A stretch of DNA of 64,000 nt from positions 208,568,001 through 208,632,000 of the forward strand of contig NC_091985.1 in the NCBI RefSeq assembly GCF_044704955.1, given 5' to 3'. The DNA is from Pristiophorus japonicus (Eukaryota). The notes below the pieces were generated by a model. It was not told the DNA's origin and did not search any database. It was given only the letters and a program-made list of their open reading frames with translations. Positions 51,895 to 64,000 of the stretch are shown piece after piece. Position 1 is the first letter of the stretch, and every line of letters starts with the position of its first letter. Both the position numbers and the translations under genes were made by a program.

Positions 51895-54870
51895 TTCTAT
51901 TGTCCATGGCTAACCATCTTCTTAAACCACTCTCCTCAGTCTCCACCCTCTCCTCCGACAATGTGAGAGGAGCTCATGGCCTTCTTTGTCTCAAAGATTG
52001 AGACCATCCATTCAGCCGCCTCTGCCACTTCCCTTCCTCCCCCTAGCCCACTGGGCCAAACTTCCTCTGAACTTCCCTCCTACCCTAGCCCTAAACTCAT
52101 ATCTTTTTCTAGTTTCTCTCCAATTTCCCCTCATGACTTCTCCACGCTCATCTTGTCCATGAGACCCACTTCCTGCTGCCTCGACCCTATTCCCACCAAT
52201 ATGCTGACTACCCAACTTCCTTTTCTGGCTCCCATGTCCGCTGCCATTGTTAATGGTTCTCTCCCCTCACGTACAGTCCCCTTTTCCCTCACATCTGTCA
52301 TCACCCCGCTCCACAAAAAAACAACCCTTGACTCCTCCATTCTTGCAAACTACCATCCCATCTCCAACCTTCCATTCCTCTCCAAAGATCGTCAACATGT
52401 TGTCACCTCCCAAACCATTCCCATCTTTCCCGCAACTCCATGTTTGAATCCATCAAATTAGGTTTCCAACCCTGCCATAGTACTGAAACAGCTCTCATCA
52501 AAGTCACAACTGACATTGTTTGTGACTGTGACTAAGGTAAACTATCCCTTCTCATCCTTCTTGACTTGTCTGCAGCCTTTGATACGGTTGACCACTGCAT
52601 CCTCCTCCAATGCCTCTCCACCATCATCCTGCTGGGTAGATGTGCACTCGCCTGGTTCCATTCTTATCTAATTGTAGCCAGAGAATCATCTGCAATGGCT
52701 TCTCTTCAGAGTCAGGTGACAAGTAGCAGAATGGATAGCTCGCTGGCTTCAAGACAGAAAGCAGAGAGTAGGGGTAAAGGGTAGCTATCCACAGTGGGAG
52801 AAGGTGGGCAGTGGTGTTACACAAGGATCAGTGCTGGGACCACATGTTCGCAATTTACATTAACAATTTAGACTTTGGAATCAAAAACACAATTTCTAAA
52901 TTTGCGGATGACACCAAATTGGGAGCAATAGTCAATACTGGGGATGCCTGCAACAAATTAGAGGAGGACATTAATAAACTTGCAGAATGGGAATATAATT
53001 GGTAAATGTAGTTCAACACAGATAACTGTGAGGTATTACATTTTGGTGGGAAGAATAGGGAGGTCACTTATTACTGGAAGGGAGCGAGTCTGGGTGAGGT
53101 AGAGGAACAAAGAGATCTCAGAGTACAAATACACCAATCACTAAAAGTTACGACACAGGTTAGCAAGGCCATAAAAAGGCAAACTGAGCACTCGGGTTTA
53201 TTTCTAGAGGTATAGAGTTGAAATGTAGGGAAGTTATGCTGAACCTGTTTTGAACCTTGGTCAGACCACACTTAGAATACTGTATACAGTTCTGGTCACC
53301 ATATAAAAAGGATATAGAGGCATTGGAGAGGGTGCAGAAAAGATTTACAAGGATGATACAAGAAATGTGAGGGTATACATATCAGGAAAGGATGAACAGG
53401 CTGGGTCTCTTTTCTATTGAAAAAGGCCAAGGAGTGACCTAATAGAGGTCTTTTAAATTATGAAAGGTTTTGATAGAGTGGATAGAGAGAGAATGTTTCT
53501 ACTACTGGGGAAGAGCATAACTAGAGGCTATCAATATAAGATAGTCAACAAGAAATCCAATAGGGAATTCAGAAGAAACTTCTTTACCCAAAGAGTGGTG
53601 AGAATGTGGAACTCACTACCACAGGGAGTGGTTGAAGTGAATAGTATAGATACATTTAAGGAGAGACGAGACAAGCATATGAGGGAGAAGGGAATCGAGG
53701 GTTATGCAGATAGATTTAGATGAGGAAAGATGGGAGGATTCTCGAGTGGAGCATTAACGCTGCCGGGTCTAGTGGGGCCAAATGACCTGCTTCTGTGTCG
53801 TATATCCGATGTAATCCTATGTAATTCCTGCTCCCGCATCGTTACCTATGGTGTCCCCCAAGGATCTATCCTTGGCCCCCTAATTCTCATTTATATACTG
53901 CCCCTTGGTGATATTATCCAAAACCAAAGCAACAGTTTCCATATGTACACTGATGACATCCAGCTCTACCTCACTACCACTTCTCTCAATCCCTCCATGG
54001 CCTCTAAATTGGCAGATTGCTTGTCCTGGATGAGCACAAATTTTCTCCAATTAAATATTGGGAAGACCAAAGCCATTGTTTTCGGTCCCCGTCACAAACT
54101 CCGTTCCCTAGCCACTGACTCCATCCCTCTCCCTGGCATCTGTCTGAGGCTGAACCACACTGTTCGCAACCTTGGTGCCATACTTATCCCCGAAATGAGC
54201 TTCCGACCACATATCCGCAGTCTAACTAGGACTGCCTATTTCCATCTCTATAACATCGCCCGTCTCCGCCTTCTTCAGCTCATCCGCTGCTGAAACCTAC
54301 ATGCATGCTTTTGGTACCTCAGGACTTGACTATTCCAATTCACTCTTGGCTGGCCTCCCACTTTCTACCCAACGTAAACTTGTGGTCATCCAAAACTCGG
54401 CTGCCCATGTCCGAACTCGCACCAAGTCCCATTCACCTATCTCCCCTGTGCTCGCTGACTGACATTGGCTCCCGGTTAAACAACACCTTGATTTCAAAAT
54501 TCTCCTCATTTTCAAATCTCTCCATGGCCTCACCCCTCCCTATCTTTGTAATCTCCTCCAGCCCCACAACCTCCTGAGATGTCTCTGCTCCTCTAATTCT
54601 GCCCTTTTGAGCATCCCTGATTATAATCACTCAACTATTGGTGGCCGTGCCTTCAGCTGCCTGGGCCCTAAGCTCTGGAACTCCCTCCCTAAACCTCTGC
54701 TTCTCTACCTCTCTTTCCTGCTTTAAGATGCTTCTTAAAACCTACATCAAATATCCTAATTTCTCCTTGTGTGGCTCAGTGTCAAATTGTTTGTGTTGCA
54801 ATACTCCTGTAAAATGCCTTGTGACAATTTACTACATTGAAGGCACTATATAAATACAAGTTGTTGTTGT
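51895..54870 (+). mobile_element. L2-clade LINE (degenerate RT), split by a CR1
   Basis: [33 protein letters not shown]. Tail atataaatacaa(gtt)n. Sequence resumes at about 53825 after the CR1. Confidence 0.88.
52708..53824 (+). mobile_element. CR1 3' fragment nested in the L2
   Basis: SKFADDTKLG, RRNFFTQRVVRMWNSLPQ, tail atcctatgtaa; ttc at both junctions. Confidence 0.9.
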
Positions 54871-55016
54871 TAAAGGGACAGTGGGATTGTGATACATCTT
54901 GATTTCAGTGCAGAGAGGAGGGAGAGCAATTTTGGGCAAAACATAAAGAAAATGTAAGATTGAAAATTGTGTATTCTGAAATTCTCTCCTGCACTTACAG
55001 TCATTAGTAATGTCAG

Positions 55017-56600
55017 GGCATTACATGGAGAGGACGTGCAGAAGGGAAGATTGAAGCAAAGATCACGTCAAGATCTGACAGAGTCAGGGCCTGAATATTG
55101 TCGGCATATGGAAGTGGAAAGCAGCAATCTGAGAACGGACAAACCTTACGCGTGATCCCTTTGTGGACACTCCTTCAGCCGACCATCCAGCCTGGGGAGA
55201 CACAAGTGCAGCCGTACTGTGGAGAGACCCCATCAATGTGGGGACTATAGGACGAGAGTAAACTCTGTGTCTCAGCTAAAAACTCATCAACACAGTTACA
55301 CCAGAAAATGGCCATTCATCTGCTCCGTGTGTGTGAAGGGATTTAACCATTCGTGGAAACTGCTGAGACACCGGGGAGAGACCGTTCGCCTGCTCTCACT
55401 GTGAGAAGAGGTTTACACAGTCTTACAATCTGTTGTCACACGAGTTGGTTCACAGCGAGGAGAGACCTTTTCAATGCTCTGACTGTGAGCAGAGCTTTAA
55501 ATGGTCCAGCAACCCGATACAGCACCAGCGCTGTCACACTGGCCATTCATCTGCTCAGTGTGTGGGAAACGATTCACTCATTCATCCGCCCTGCTGGTAC
55601 ACCCTGCGAGTTCACACTGCAGAGAGGCCGTTCATCTGCTCAGTGTGTGGGAAGCGATTCACGTGTTCATCCGCCCTGCTGGTACACCAGCGAGTTCACA
55701 CTGGGGAGAGGCCGTTCACCTACTCCGTGTGTGGAAAGCGATTCACTTGTTCATCCGCGCTGCTGGTACACCAGCGAGTTCACACTGGGGAGAGGCCGTT
55801 CATCTGCTCAGTGTGTGGGAAGCGATTCACTTGTTCATCCCCGCTGCTGGTACACCAGCGAGTTCACACTGGGGAGAGGCCGTTCATCTGCTCAGTGTGT
55901 GGGAAGCGATTCACTTGTTCATCCATCCTGCTGGTACACCAGCGAGTTCACACTGGGGAGAGGTCATTCACCTGCTCCGTGTGTGGGAAGCGATTCACTT
56001 GTTCATCCACCCTGCTGGTACACCAGCGAATTCACACTGGGGAGAGGCCGTTCACCTGCTCAGTATGTGGGAAGCGATTACTCAGTCATTCAATCTGCTG
56101 ACACACCAGCAGATTCACACCGGGGAGAGACCGTTCTCCTGCTCCGTGTGTGGGAGGGCATTCACTCATTTATCTTACCTGCATGTGCACCAGCGAGTTC
56201 ACACTGACGAGAGACCCTATAAATGCCCCGAATGCAAGAGGAGCTTTAAAAGCACTGAGGAACTAAAGATGCATCAACCGGGGAGAGGCCGTTCAGCTGC
56301 TCTCACTGCGGGAAGAGGTTTGGGAGGTCAGCGACCCTGGTGAGTTCACAGCGAGGAGGCACCGTTTAAATATTCCGACAGTGAGAAGAGCTTCAGGAGC
56401 TCCAAAGACCGTTGACGAGTGCCCGTTCAAATCCTCTCATTGAGGTAAGACGTGTACACAATCATCCGGCCTTCTGAAACATGAGTGGCTTCACACCGGG
56501 GAGAGGCCGTTCCCCTGCGCCCTGAGTGAAAAGTGATTCACCAGTCCATCTGACCTGCTGAGACACCAGCGAGTTCACACTTCACTGCAGTGGTCTGATT
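55017..56600 (+). pseudogene. C2H2 zinc-finger array exon, frameshifted
   Basis: Tandem near-identical 84-bp fingers ([28 protein letters not shown]) flanked by broken fingers. Confidence 0.9.
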
Positions 56601-56717
56601 CTGCAATTAATCACACTCAGGCCTGACCCATGTTAATTATGGTATTTTAGGGGGTTTGTTGATGCTGATAATAACCCAGAATAATTAGACTGGAGTTTAA
56701 TATTCTGTATATACGTC

Positions 56718-58295
56718 TGTTGGAAGATAAATGCTCCTTTTATGCCGGAATTTCGTGCTGAACAATGAGAAAGTGGCTAACACTAGCATCATGGGTAAGC
56801 AAAGTTAGCCTGAGGTCGAACATGCAGGCAGTCTCGTGGCCCCATAAGTGCTTTGCTGACACAAAAGCCTCGGGAAAACATGTTTCTGAGCAAAGCGGCC
56901 AGAAGAGGAAGATCAGGTGAAGACAGAGACAGAGAGGTGATAGAAGGCACTGGAGAAAGAAAGGAGTGAACAGTCTGCAGCTTTGAGACAGTGGAAATAA
57001 GAGAGGGGTCTCTGAAGCAGCTGTGGTTCTACTGCCGTGTTCTCATGTTCACTGACCCGAGTTATACACAGGAACAATTATATAAGTGGGTGGGGGGGGG
57101 GGGGTGGTTAAGGGGAATAAATTTACGGATGCCACAAAATTGGGGGGGTGGGTGTAGGGAATAGTCAATACTGAGGATGACAGCAACACGCAACACATTA
57201 CAAGACTTTAATAAACTTGCAGAATGGACATATAATTGGTAAATGATTTCAATACAGATAAGTGTAAGATTTTGTTAAGAAAAATAAGGAGGTCACATAT
57301 TGCATGGAAAATATGTATCTAAATGGGGTTGCAAAGCAAAGGGAACTTAAAAATACAAGTACACAAATCACTAAAAGTAGCGACGCAGGTTGATAAGGTC
57401 ATAAAAAAGCAAACCAAGCACGAGGGTTTATTTATAGAGGGATAGAATTGAAAAGTAGAGAAGTAATGCTAAACTTGTATCGAACCTTCGTTGGAGCATG
57501 CTTGTGTATAATTCTGGTCAGCATATTATAAAAAGGTTTATAGAGGCATAGAGAGGGTGCAACAAAGATTTACAAGGATGATACCATAAATGTGAGGTTA
57601 TATTTATCAGTAAAGGATGAACAGGCTGAGTTTCTTTTTTCTTGAAAGGTGATAGCTGACGGGGGGGTGACCGAATAGAGGTATTTTTAAATTATGAAAG
57701 GTTTTGATAGAGTAGATACAGAGAGAATGTTCCCACTTGTGGCAAAGGGCATAACTAGAGGCCATCAATATAAGATAGCCACCAAGAAATCCAATAGAGA
57801 ATTTAGAAGTAACTTCATTACCCAAAGAATGGTGAAAATGTGGAACTCGCTACCACAGGGAGTGGTTTAAGCAAATAATATAGATGCATTTCAGGGGAGG
57901 CTAGACAAGACCATGAGGGAGAAGGGAATAGAGGATTATGCTGATAGTGTCAGATATCGAAGGATGGGAGGAGGTTCGAGTGGAGCATAAATGCCGGCAT
58001 GGATTGGTTGGGCTGAAGGGCCTGTTTCTGTGCCGTATATTCTATGTAATTAGTTACCCATCATATTGGGAGAACGGAGCCCAGCTCCTTGACTCAGCCG
58101 AGGTTCTACCCGGGTCATGAGGGTGTAATCACTGACGGCTTGTGGTAGAGCAGGTGTCGTAGGATTGATGTCTAGCTAAGACTGTGATGCTTGGTTAAAT
58201 TCGGATGGACTTTGGACAAATAAAGTTTTACACCCAACTGAAGTGTCTTTGTAAGTTTGTTGAATCAACTGACATGACACCTGGTGAGTGCGATA
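56718..58295 (+). mobile_element. Probable solo LTR in the ZNF 3' UTR, split by a CR1
   Basis: Starts with TG; flanked by acgtc/atgtc; tatataa at about 57079; AATAAA at about 58219, then GT-rich sequence. The 3' end is TA rather than CA. Confidence 0.5.
57087..58050 (+). mobile_element. CR1 3' fragment
   Basis: Homologous to 52890-53824. Confidence 0.88.
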
Positions 58296-58829
58296 ATGTC
58301 AAATCAGTCAGTTTTAAGAATAAAATTGTGCAGTGTTAAATTTATCCATTATAATAAACATTAAATTTAAGAAGTCTTTTTTTAAAGTTTGTTCATTTTA
58401 TTTCAGGTTCGCTGTTTCCCCATATGGGAGCCCCAATCGTTGTTTTGTTGTAACATTTTTCTAAAAAGTAAACATTTATAGAGCTTATCCACTTCTTTGT
58501 TCGTGTTAAGAATTCTGTGTTTTGATTGGCTGTTTCGGCAGCTTGTTGACATCACAGCAACTCGCGCTCGGGGATTCCCACTGCACTCTGTTGATTTGAA
58601 TAACACGTCGGAAAACACGAACATCTCGACACAGAGATTGCCACATCTTTGTGGGAAGCTTACTTTGGGACCAGGGGTGAAAGTATTTGCTTCACTGCTG
58701 ACCACAAATTACGGGCCATTATTAAACAGTTTTTGCAAAGTGACAGAGGCTGTCTCTGATACTGCAGGAAATGTGTATTTGAATAACTTATCAGGTGATG
58801 CTGATGTCCCTCTGGCCCTTTGAAAGGCC

Positions 58830-59285
58830 GCTCACTGTGGCTCCTCTCCCAGATTCCAGCCCCAGCTCTGTGTTCGCTGTGGCCCCTCTCCCAGATACCA
58901 GCCCCAGCTCTGTGCTCACTGTGGCCTCTCCTAGATTCCAATCCCAGCTCTGTGCTCACTGTGGCCCCCTCTCCCAGATTCCAGCCCCAGCTCTGTGCTC
59001 ACTGTGGCCCCTCTCCCAGATACCAGCCCCAGCTCTGTGCTCACTGTGGCCCCTCTCCCAGATTCCAGCCCCAGCTCTGTGCTCACTGTGGCCCCTCTCC
59101 CAGATACCAGCTCTGTGCTCACTGTGGCCCCTCTCCCAGATACCAGCTCTGTGCTCACTGTGGCCCCTCTCCCAAATTCCAGTCCCAGCTCTCTGCTCAC
59201 TGTGGCCCCTCTCCCAGATTCCAGCCCCAGCTCTGTGCTCACTGTGGCCCCTCACCCAGATTCCAGTCCCAGCTCTGGGCTCACT
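58830..59285. repeat. 42-bp minisatellite (some 36-bp units), about 11 copies
   Basis: Unit cagctctgtgctcactgtggcccctctcccagattccagccc. Confidence 0.95.
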
Positions 59286-59299
59286 CAGCTGCTCTCACC

Positions 59300-60130
59300 T
59301 GGGGACAGCGCGTCACAAATCGGCCCCCGCACACCTGAGCTGGGCACCAGGCCCCGCCCCCTTGCTGCGCCGCCATTGGTTGGAGGACCCGCCGCCAGCT
59401 CGCTCCGCCCATCTCTGCCGGGGCTCTTCCTATTGGTCCGAGCTCCCGTCAGTCAGGCCGAGCACACGTGGTGCTGGGCGGGCAGTTTGAGGCGGTTTGT
59501 TCTGGAACTTTCCTTCAGCAGGATGATGTGATTGACGGATGGGACAAGGATCCCGCAGCCTCTGCTGTTCAGACCTGAATCATTGGGCCGGTTAGCAACT
59601 TATTGAGGGCCCGCGGCCGGGGGTTGAAAAGCTGCTGCGGTCCCGGGGCAACATCTTGTGGCGCCGCCCAGGTCCGTCAGTCTGGTCATTGGCAGCAACA
59701 CCCGGGCTCGGCCCCGCCCACAACCAGGCTCAGCCCCGCCTCTCGCACACTCCGATTGGTTGGAGGACCAACTGCCCGCTCGATCCTCCAGCCCCGCCCC
59801 CGCTCTTTCTATTGGTCCGGAGCTGCTGTCAATCACCCGGGCAATGTGAGCTGAGCATGCGCGGTGGGGCGGCTGTGTCTGAGGCAGCAGGTGAGAGATG
59901 GGCGGAGGGAGGGAACGGGTTAATAAACCCCGGGGGGCCGGCCGCGGACTTCACACACACCGAGTGCGTGCACAGGCCCCGCCCGTCCAAGAGACAACAT
60001 TCCGCATTATCCGCTTCACACACACCCGCTGTGGGCCTCAGGCCCCGAACAACAACCTGCGGCTCCGGCTCAGGGAGGTTGGTTGCTAGGCACTGCAGTG
60101 ATGTCATAAAGCAGGGCCATTCAGCCCAGC
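59300..60130. promoter_or_regulatory. CpG-island promoter with duplicated GC-box/CCAAT block
   Basis: ccgccc..attggttggaggacc..ctattggtccg at about 59350-59455 and 59710-59835. NRF1-like gagcatgcgc at about 59853. Donor cag|gtgaga at 59890. Confidence 0.7.
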
Positions 60131-60614
60131 GGGTCCTCTCCTTGTCCCTTTAAAGGTGGAGAGCTGGGACATCCTGTCTCAACACACATCCCCCCTGTTC
60201 ATACTGAGAATCCCCGGGGAAGGGCCAGGGCCCAGAGTGTGTAACACAACTAAGGGGGAAAGAGGAGGCGAGACGGTGCAGTGTGGGAAATGAGGGAGGA
60301 GTCTGCTCATTCCCAGGGGCAGATCGGACAAAGTGCTTTGAGTGGTGTGTCCAGCAATGAAAGTGAAACCAAACCAGAGGGAACAAATAAAAATGCAATC
60401 CAAGGGAAGCGGGAAGAAACCACAACCAGCCCAAAAGTGGGACTAATCGCCCCAAGGTCACTCAAGACAGTTAGCAACTGCTCCTAGTGACTGTGTGGCT
60501 GCAGGACTCGGCTTCACTCCAGTGTTTAATGGCACAGAGTGCTGGCCTCACACCCAGGGGGTCAATGCATTAGAATTCCAGGGGCAGTGAGAACATGCTT
60601 GGAAATATCCCAGA

Positions 60615-60952
60615 GAACATAAGAAATAGGAGCAGGAGTAGGCCATTTGGCCCATTGAGCCTGCTCCGCCATTCAATAAGATCATGGCTGATGGGATCCT
60701 GGCCTCAACTCCACTTCACTGCCCGCTCCCCAAAGCCCTTGACTCCGTTCTCCTTCAAAAATCTGTATCATCACTTAAATATGTTCAAAGACCCATCCTA
60801 CACAGCTCTCTGGGGTAGAGAATTCCAAAGATTCACCACCCTCAGAGAAGAAATTCCTCCTAATTTCTGTTTTAAATGGGCAACCCCTTATTCTGAAACT
60901 ATGGCCCCTCGGTTCCCCCATGAGGGGAAACATCCTCTCTCATCTACCCTGT
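60615..60952 (-). mobile_element. CR1 3' fragment
   Basis: gaacataagaaataggagcaggagtaggcc tail. Confidence 0.85.
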
Positions 60953-62081
60953 CAGGAGCAGTGAAAGCTCAATGGGCCCCAGCATATGCTCATCGCAAAA
61001 CCCCGGGAAAGGAAAAAGTCAGCTCTGAAGCCAGTTTGCTGCTCCTTCTGCCCAGCACTGCCTGCACCCCCAGCACACGGAGGGGGAATTTTAGCCTCAG
61101 TATTACAGGTTTCATTTACAGGCTGGTGAGAGGAATAGTTCATACTGACACCGAGCTGTGTGTTTGGTTCAGTCTGTATATGACTGATGGGCTCTTTTAA
61201 ATTTGAGTGGTCATGTATTCGAATTCCCCGTAACTCTAATGGTGGATATAAAAGAGAGATGTGTTCAAATCAAAGAGTCTCCTTGGAGATTCTCAGAGAA
61301 GGAACAGGTCAGCTTGAAACGCTGAAAAAGAGAACATTTTTTATAAGTTTTCAATCAGCAGTTTTTGACCGATATTGACTCCCACAGGGACAGAGAATTC
61401 TACAATAAGGAACTGGTCACGATTTGAAAGGTATTAAAGGATTCGAGGGGCTCTTACATTTGGGCTCTTTATTTTGTTCACTCGAGGAGTTAGACAACAG
61501 ACTTCCTGCTGTCAATAAGGAGTTGGATTATTGGGCCGTGATGTATTTACTTGTTCATATTTTGTTAAATACATTTGCTGAGTGGATTTAAATTCAAGAC
61601 GAGGTTTGCAGGCATGCTGCTCTATTCACACAGCGATGGTGAGAGAGATGCTGTGAGGCACACGCTAAGTCCAGTAGCTGAACATGATTAACAAACTGTG
61701 TTTTGTGTTTAGTGATCCCGGGCATGTTACCGAGACCGTCCCTGGATACCAAGGCAAGGAGAGGCACTCTGGAAGGTAGGGGGAGCTGGGACTTGTCCCT
61801 GAGAGTAACGAACAGGTTTGAGAACTGAAATAATGTAGAGTTAGAATTGAAAAAAGGCCCAAAATAGAGCAGTCAGAAACAGGACATCAATTAGTCTCCT
61901 CTTATCTTGGAGACATTAAATATCGACACACTGTTTTATTTGAAATATCAAAATATTAAACAACAGCCCAGTTACAGGGGTCATTAACATCAGCAGAAAC
62001 AAACCCCAACTGTCAGAATGAACATGGTTCAGCCAGGATGTGCTTAACATCAGCAATAACAGTAGACTCCCACCCCTGCAG

Positions 62082-62670
62082 TCACTTGTGAACATGCTGG
62101 TGTGTCAGCAGGATGGATGAATGAGTGAATCCCTTCCCACACTCTGAGCAGGTGAACGGCCTCTCCCCAGTGTGAATTTGCTGGTGAGTAAGAAGTCTGG
62201 ATGACTGAGTGAATCGCTTCCCACACTCCAAACAGGTGAATAGGCTCTCCCTGGTGTGAACTTGCTGGTGTGTTAGAAGGTTAAATGAACTAGTGGATCC
62301 CTTCCCACACTCAGAGCAGATCAACAGTCTCTCCCCAGTGTGAACTTGCTGGTGTGTCAGCAGGTTGGATGACTGAGTGAATCCCTTCCCACACTCAGCA
62401 GGTGAATAGCCTCTCCCCAGTGTGAACTCGCTGGTGTGTCAGCAGGGTTGATGATGAAGGGAATCCCTTTCCACACATGGAGCAAGTGAATGGGCTCGCC
62501 CCAGTGTGAACTTGTTGGTGTGTCAGAAGGTTGGATGACTGAGTGAAATGCTTCCCACACATGGGGCAGGTGAATGGCCTCTCCCCGGTGTGACTGCATC
62601 GATGAGTTTCCAGCTCAGACGGGTAACTGAATCCCTTTCCACAGTCCCCACATTTCCACGGTTTCTCCAT
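62082..62670 (-). pseudogene. 7-finger C2H2 ZNF starting [14 protein letters not shown], one frameshift
   Basis: ATG at 62670, TGA at 62082-62084. A 2-bp deletion at about 62397 in finger 4. Exon acceptor at 63013/63014; AATAAA at about 61935-61940. Confidence 0.88.
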
Positions 62671-63221
62671 GGTGCAGGTGTCCTTGTGACTCTCCATGTT
62701 TGGATGATCAGTTGAAGCCTCGTCCACACACACAACACGTGTAATGGTTTCTCCGTGCTGTGAATGGTGCAATGTTTTTTCAGGTTGTGTAACTGGTTAA
62801 AGCTCCTTCCAGTCAGTGCACTGGAACACTCACGCGGATGTGTGTGTCTCAGTGCTTTTCCAGTCATGCCGATTTGTGAAATATTTTCTCAAAGACAGAA
62901 CAAGCAAATAATTCTCCTGCCACATTCAAAGGCCTGAGGAATCAAGTAACTGTCAGATCTTGACGTGATGTTTGGTTTCTGTTTCCAGTCTGAAAATCTC
63001 CCCTTCTAATATCCTGTAAAAGGAGATTACAGAACTCATCACTAAGTATAGAACAGACAATTCTAGATTCTATGGAACATTCTTTCCTCTCTTGTTCCCC
63101 CAAAGCTGTAAATCCCCATCCGACTCTCTCCCTCCTCCCTGTGCTGAAAGCCAAACACATCGCACGTCTCAAGACAGTTTGTCCTCCGCTCCCAGTTTTC
63201 ACCACCAACTCTGGCTGGGTG

Positions 63222-63478
63222 CAATTCTACACTCACTGGTTCCCCTCCCTCTCCCTTCCCTGAAGGCGCTGACTCTGGCTGGGTTCAGTTCTACACTCAC
63301 TGGTTCCCCTCCCCTGAAGGTGCTGACTCTGGCTGGGTTCAGTTCTACACTCACTGGTTCTCCTCCCCTGAAGGTGCTGATTCTGGCTGGGTTCAGTTCT
63401 ACACTCACTGGTTCCTCTCCCTCTCCTCCCCTGAAGGTGCTGACTCTGGCAGGTTTCAGTTCTACACTCACTGGTCAC
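63222..63478. repeat. 54-64-bp minisatellite, about 4.5 copies
   Basis: Unit ttctacactcactggttcccctcccctgaaggtgctgactctggctgggttcag. Confidence 0.93.
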
Positions 63479-63479
63479 C

Positions 63480-63965
63480 TGAAATATAAAAGAAAATAAT
63501 GGAAATACTCAGGCAACATCTGTAGAGATAGAAATAGAGTTAGCGTATCAGGTCACTTTCCTTTCATCAGTACTGGAAAATAGGAGCAGGGGTCGGCCCT
63601 CCGGCCCCTCGAGCCTGCTCCGCCATTCAATAAGATCATGGCTGATCATCAACCTCAATTCCACTTTCCCGCCCCATCTCCCTATCTCTTGATTCCCCGA
63701 GACTCCAAAAATCTATCTATCTCAGTCTTGAATATAAGTTTTAAATTAGTGCAGAGGCAGGGAAAGAGGGGAGGAAAGACAGGAGTGATTAAATGACAAA
63801 AGGGATGATGCAGCAAGGCAAAAGGAGATGGTGATGGGACAAGAAACAAAAGATGGGTCTGGAGGAGGTGTAAATGGAGATCATTACCAACAGCTGCTGT
63901 ACTAAACAATGGGAGCGGTGGTTATGGTGAAATTGTGGAACTCAATGTTGAGTCCGGAAGGTGAA
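63480..63965 (-). mobile_element. Penelope-like element 3' remnant, interrupted by a CR1 tail (about 63577-63735)
   Basis: PSGLNIEFHNF (GIY-YIG C-terminal GLN motif) at about 63928-63961. Degenerate hammerhead core at 63545-63570. Confidence 0.7.
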
Positions 63966-64000
63966 ATTCTGTGCCTCGAGCGTTATTAGAACAGTGGAGG

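Noticed and set aside
58320-58720. Possible old DNA-transposon remnant ending aaattacgggcc
   Set aside because: The matching TIR and TSD were not found.
61140-61620. Unique-looking segments (also 1-200, 1440-1660, 40150-40450)
   Set aside because: No sustained ORF or recognisable motif; cannot be classified without a database search.

Overview
Eukaryotic, repeat-rich DNA, very probably from a cartilaginous fish (inferred from CR1/HER1-type LINEs with (CATAGAAA)n tails, an L2, a Penelope remnant and MEKPWKC-type C2H2 zinc-finger genes). The core is a replication-dependent histone cluster at about 13.0-30.7 kb. It holds intact H2B, two H2A, H3 (3' part hidden by an N-run), H4 and H1 genes, plus H2B and H4 pseudogenes and fragments from a triplicated H2B>H2A(>H4) module. 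Three disrupted C2H2-ZNF loci lie at 45-63 kb. Four copies of an unidentified promoter/non-coding-exon module sit among 41-bp minisatellites. Mobile elements include three young near-identical CR1s, many older CR1 fragments, a Tx1-like L1 with a 15-bp TSD, an RTE-tailed SINE, a TIR MITE and a probable solo LTR. No tRNA, rRNA or CRISPR is supported. The best leads are: (1) a G/U_UUA_AAC slippery heptamer at the CR1 ORF1 stop with ORF2 in the -1 frame; (2) TATA-containing 82-bp monomers at the CR1 5' end, whose terminus matches TATA-directed initiation; (3) a 1.8-kb satellite built from the LINE 3'-terminal motif; (4) a 20-nt motif invariant in all three ZNF loci; (5) the four-copy orphan module. 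All of these are hypotheses from sequence reading only, and boundaries of old repeats are approximate.
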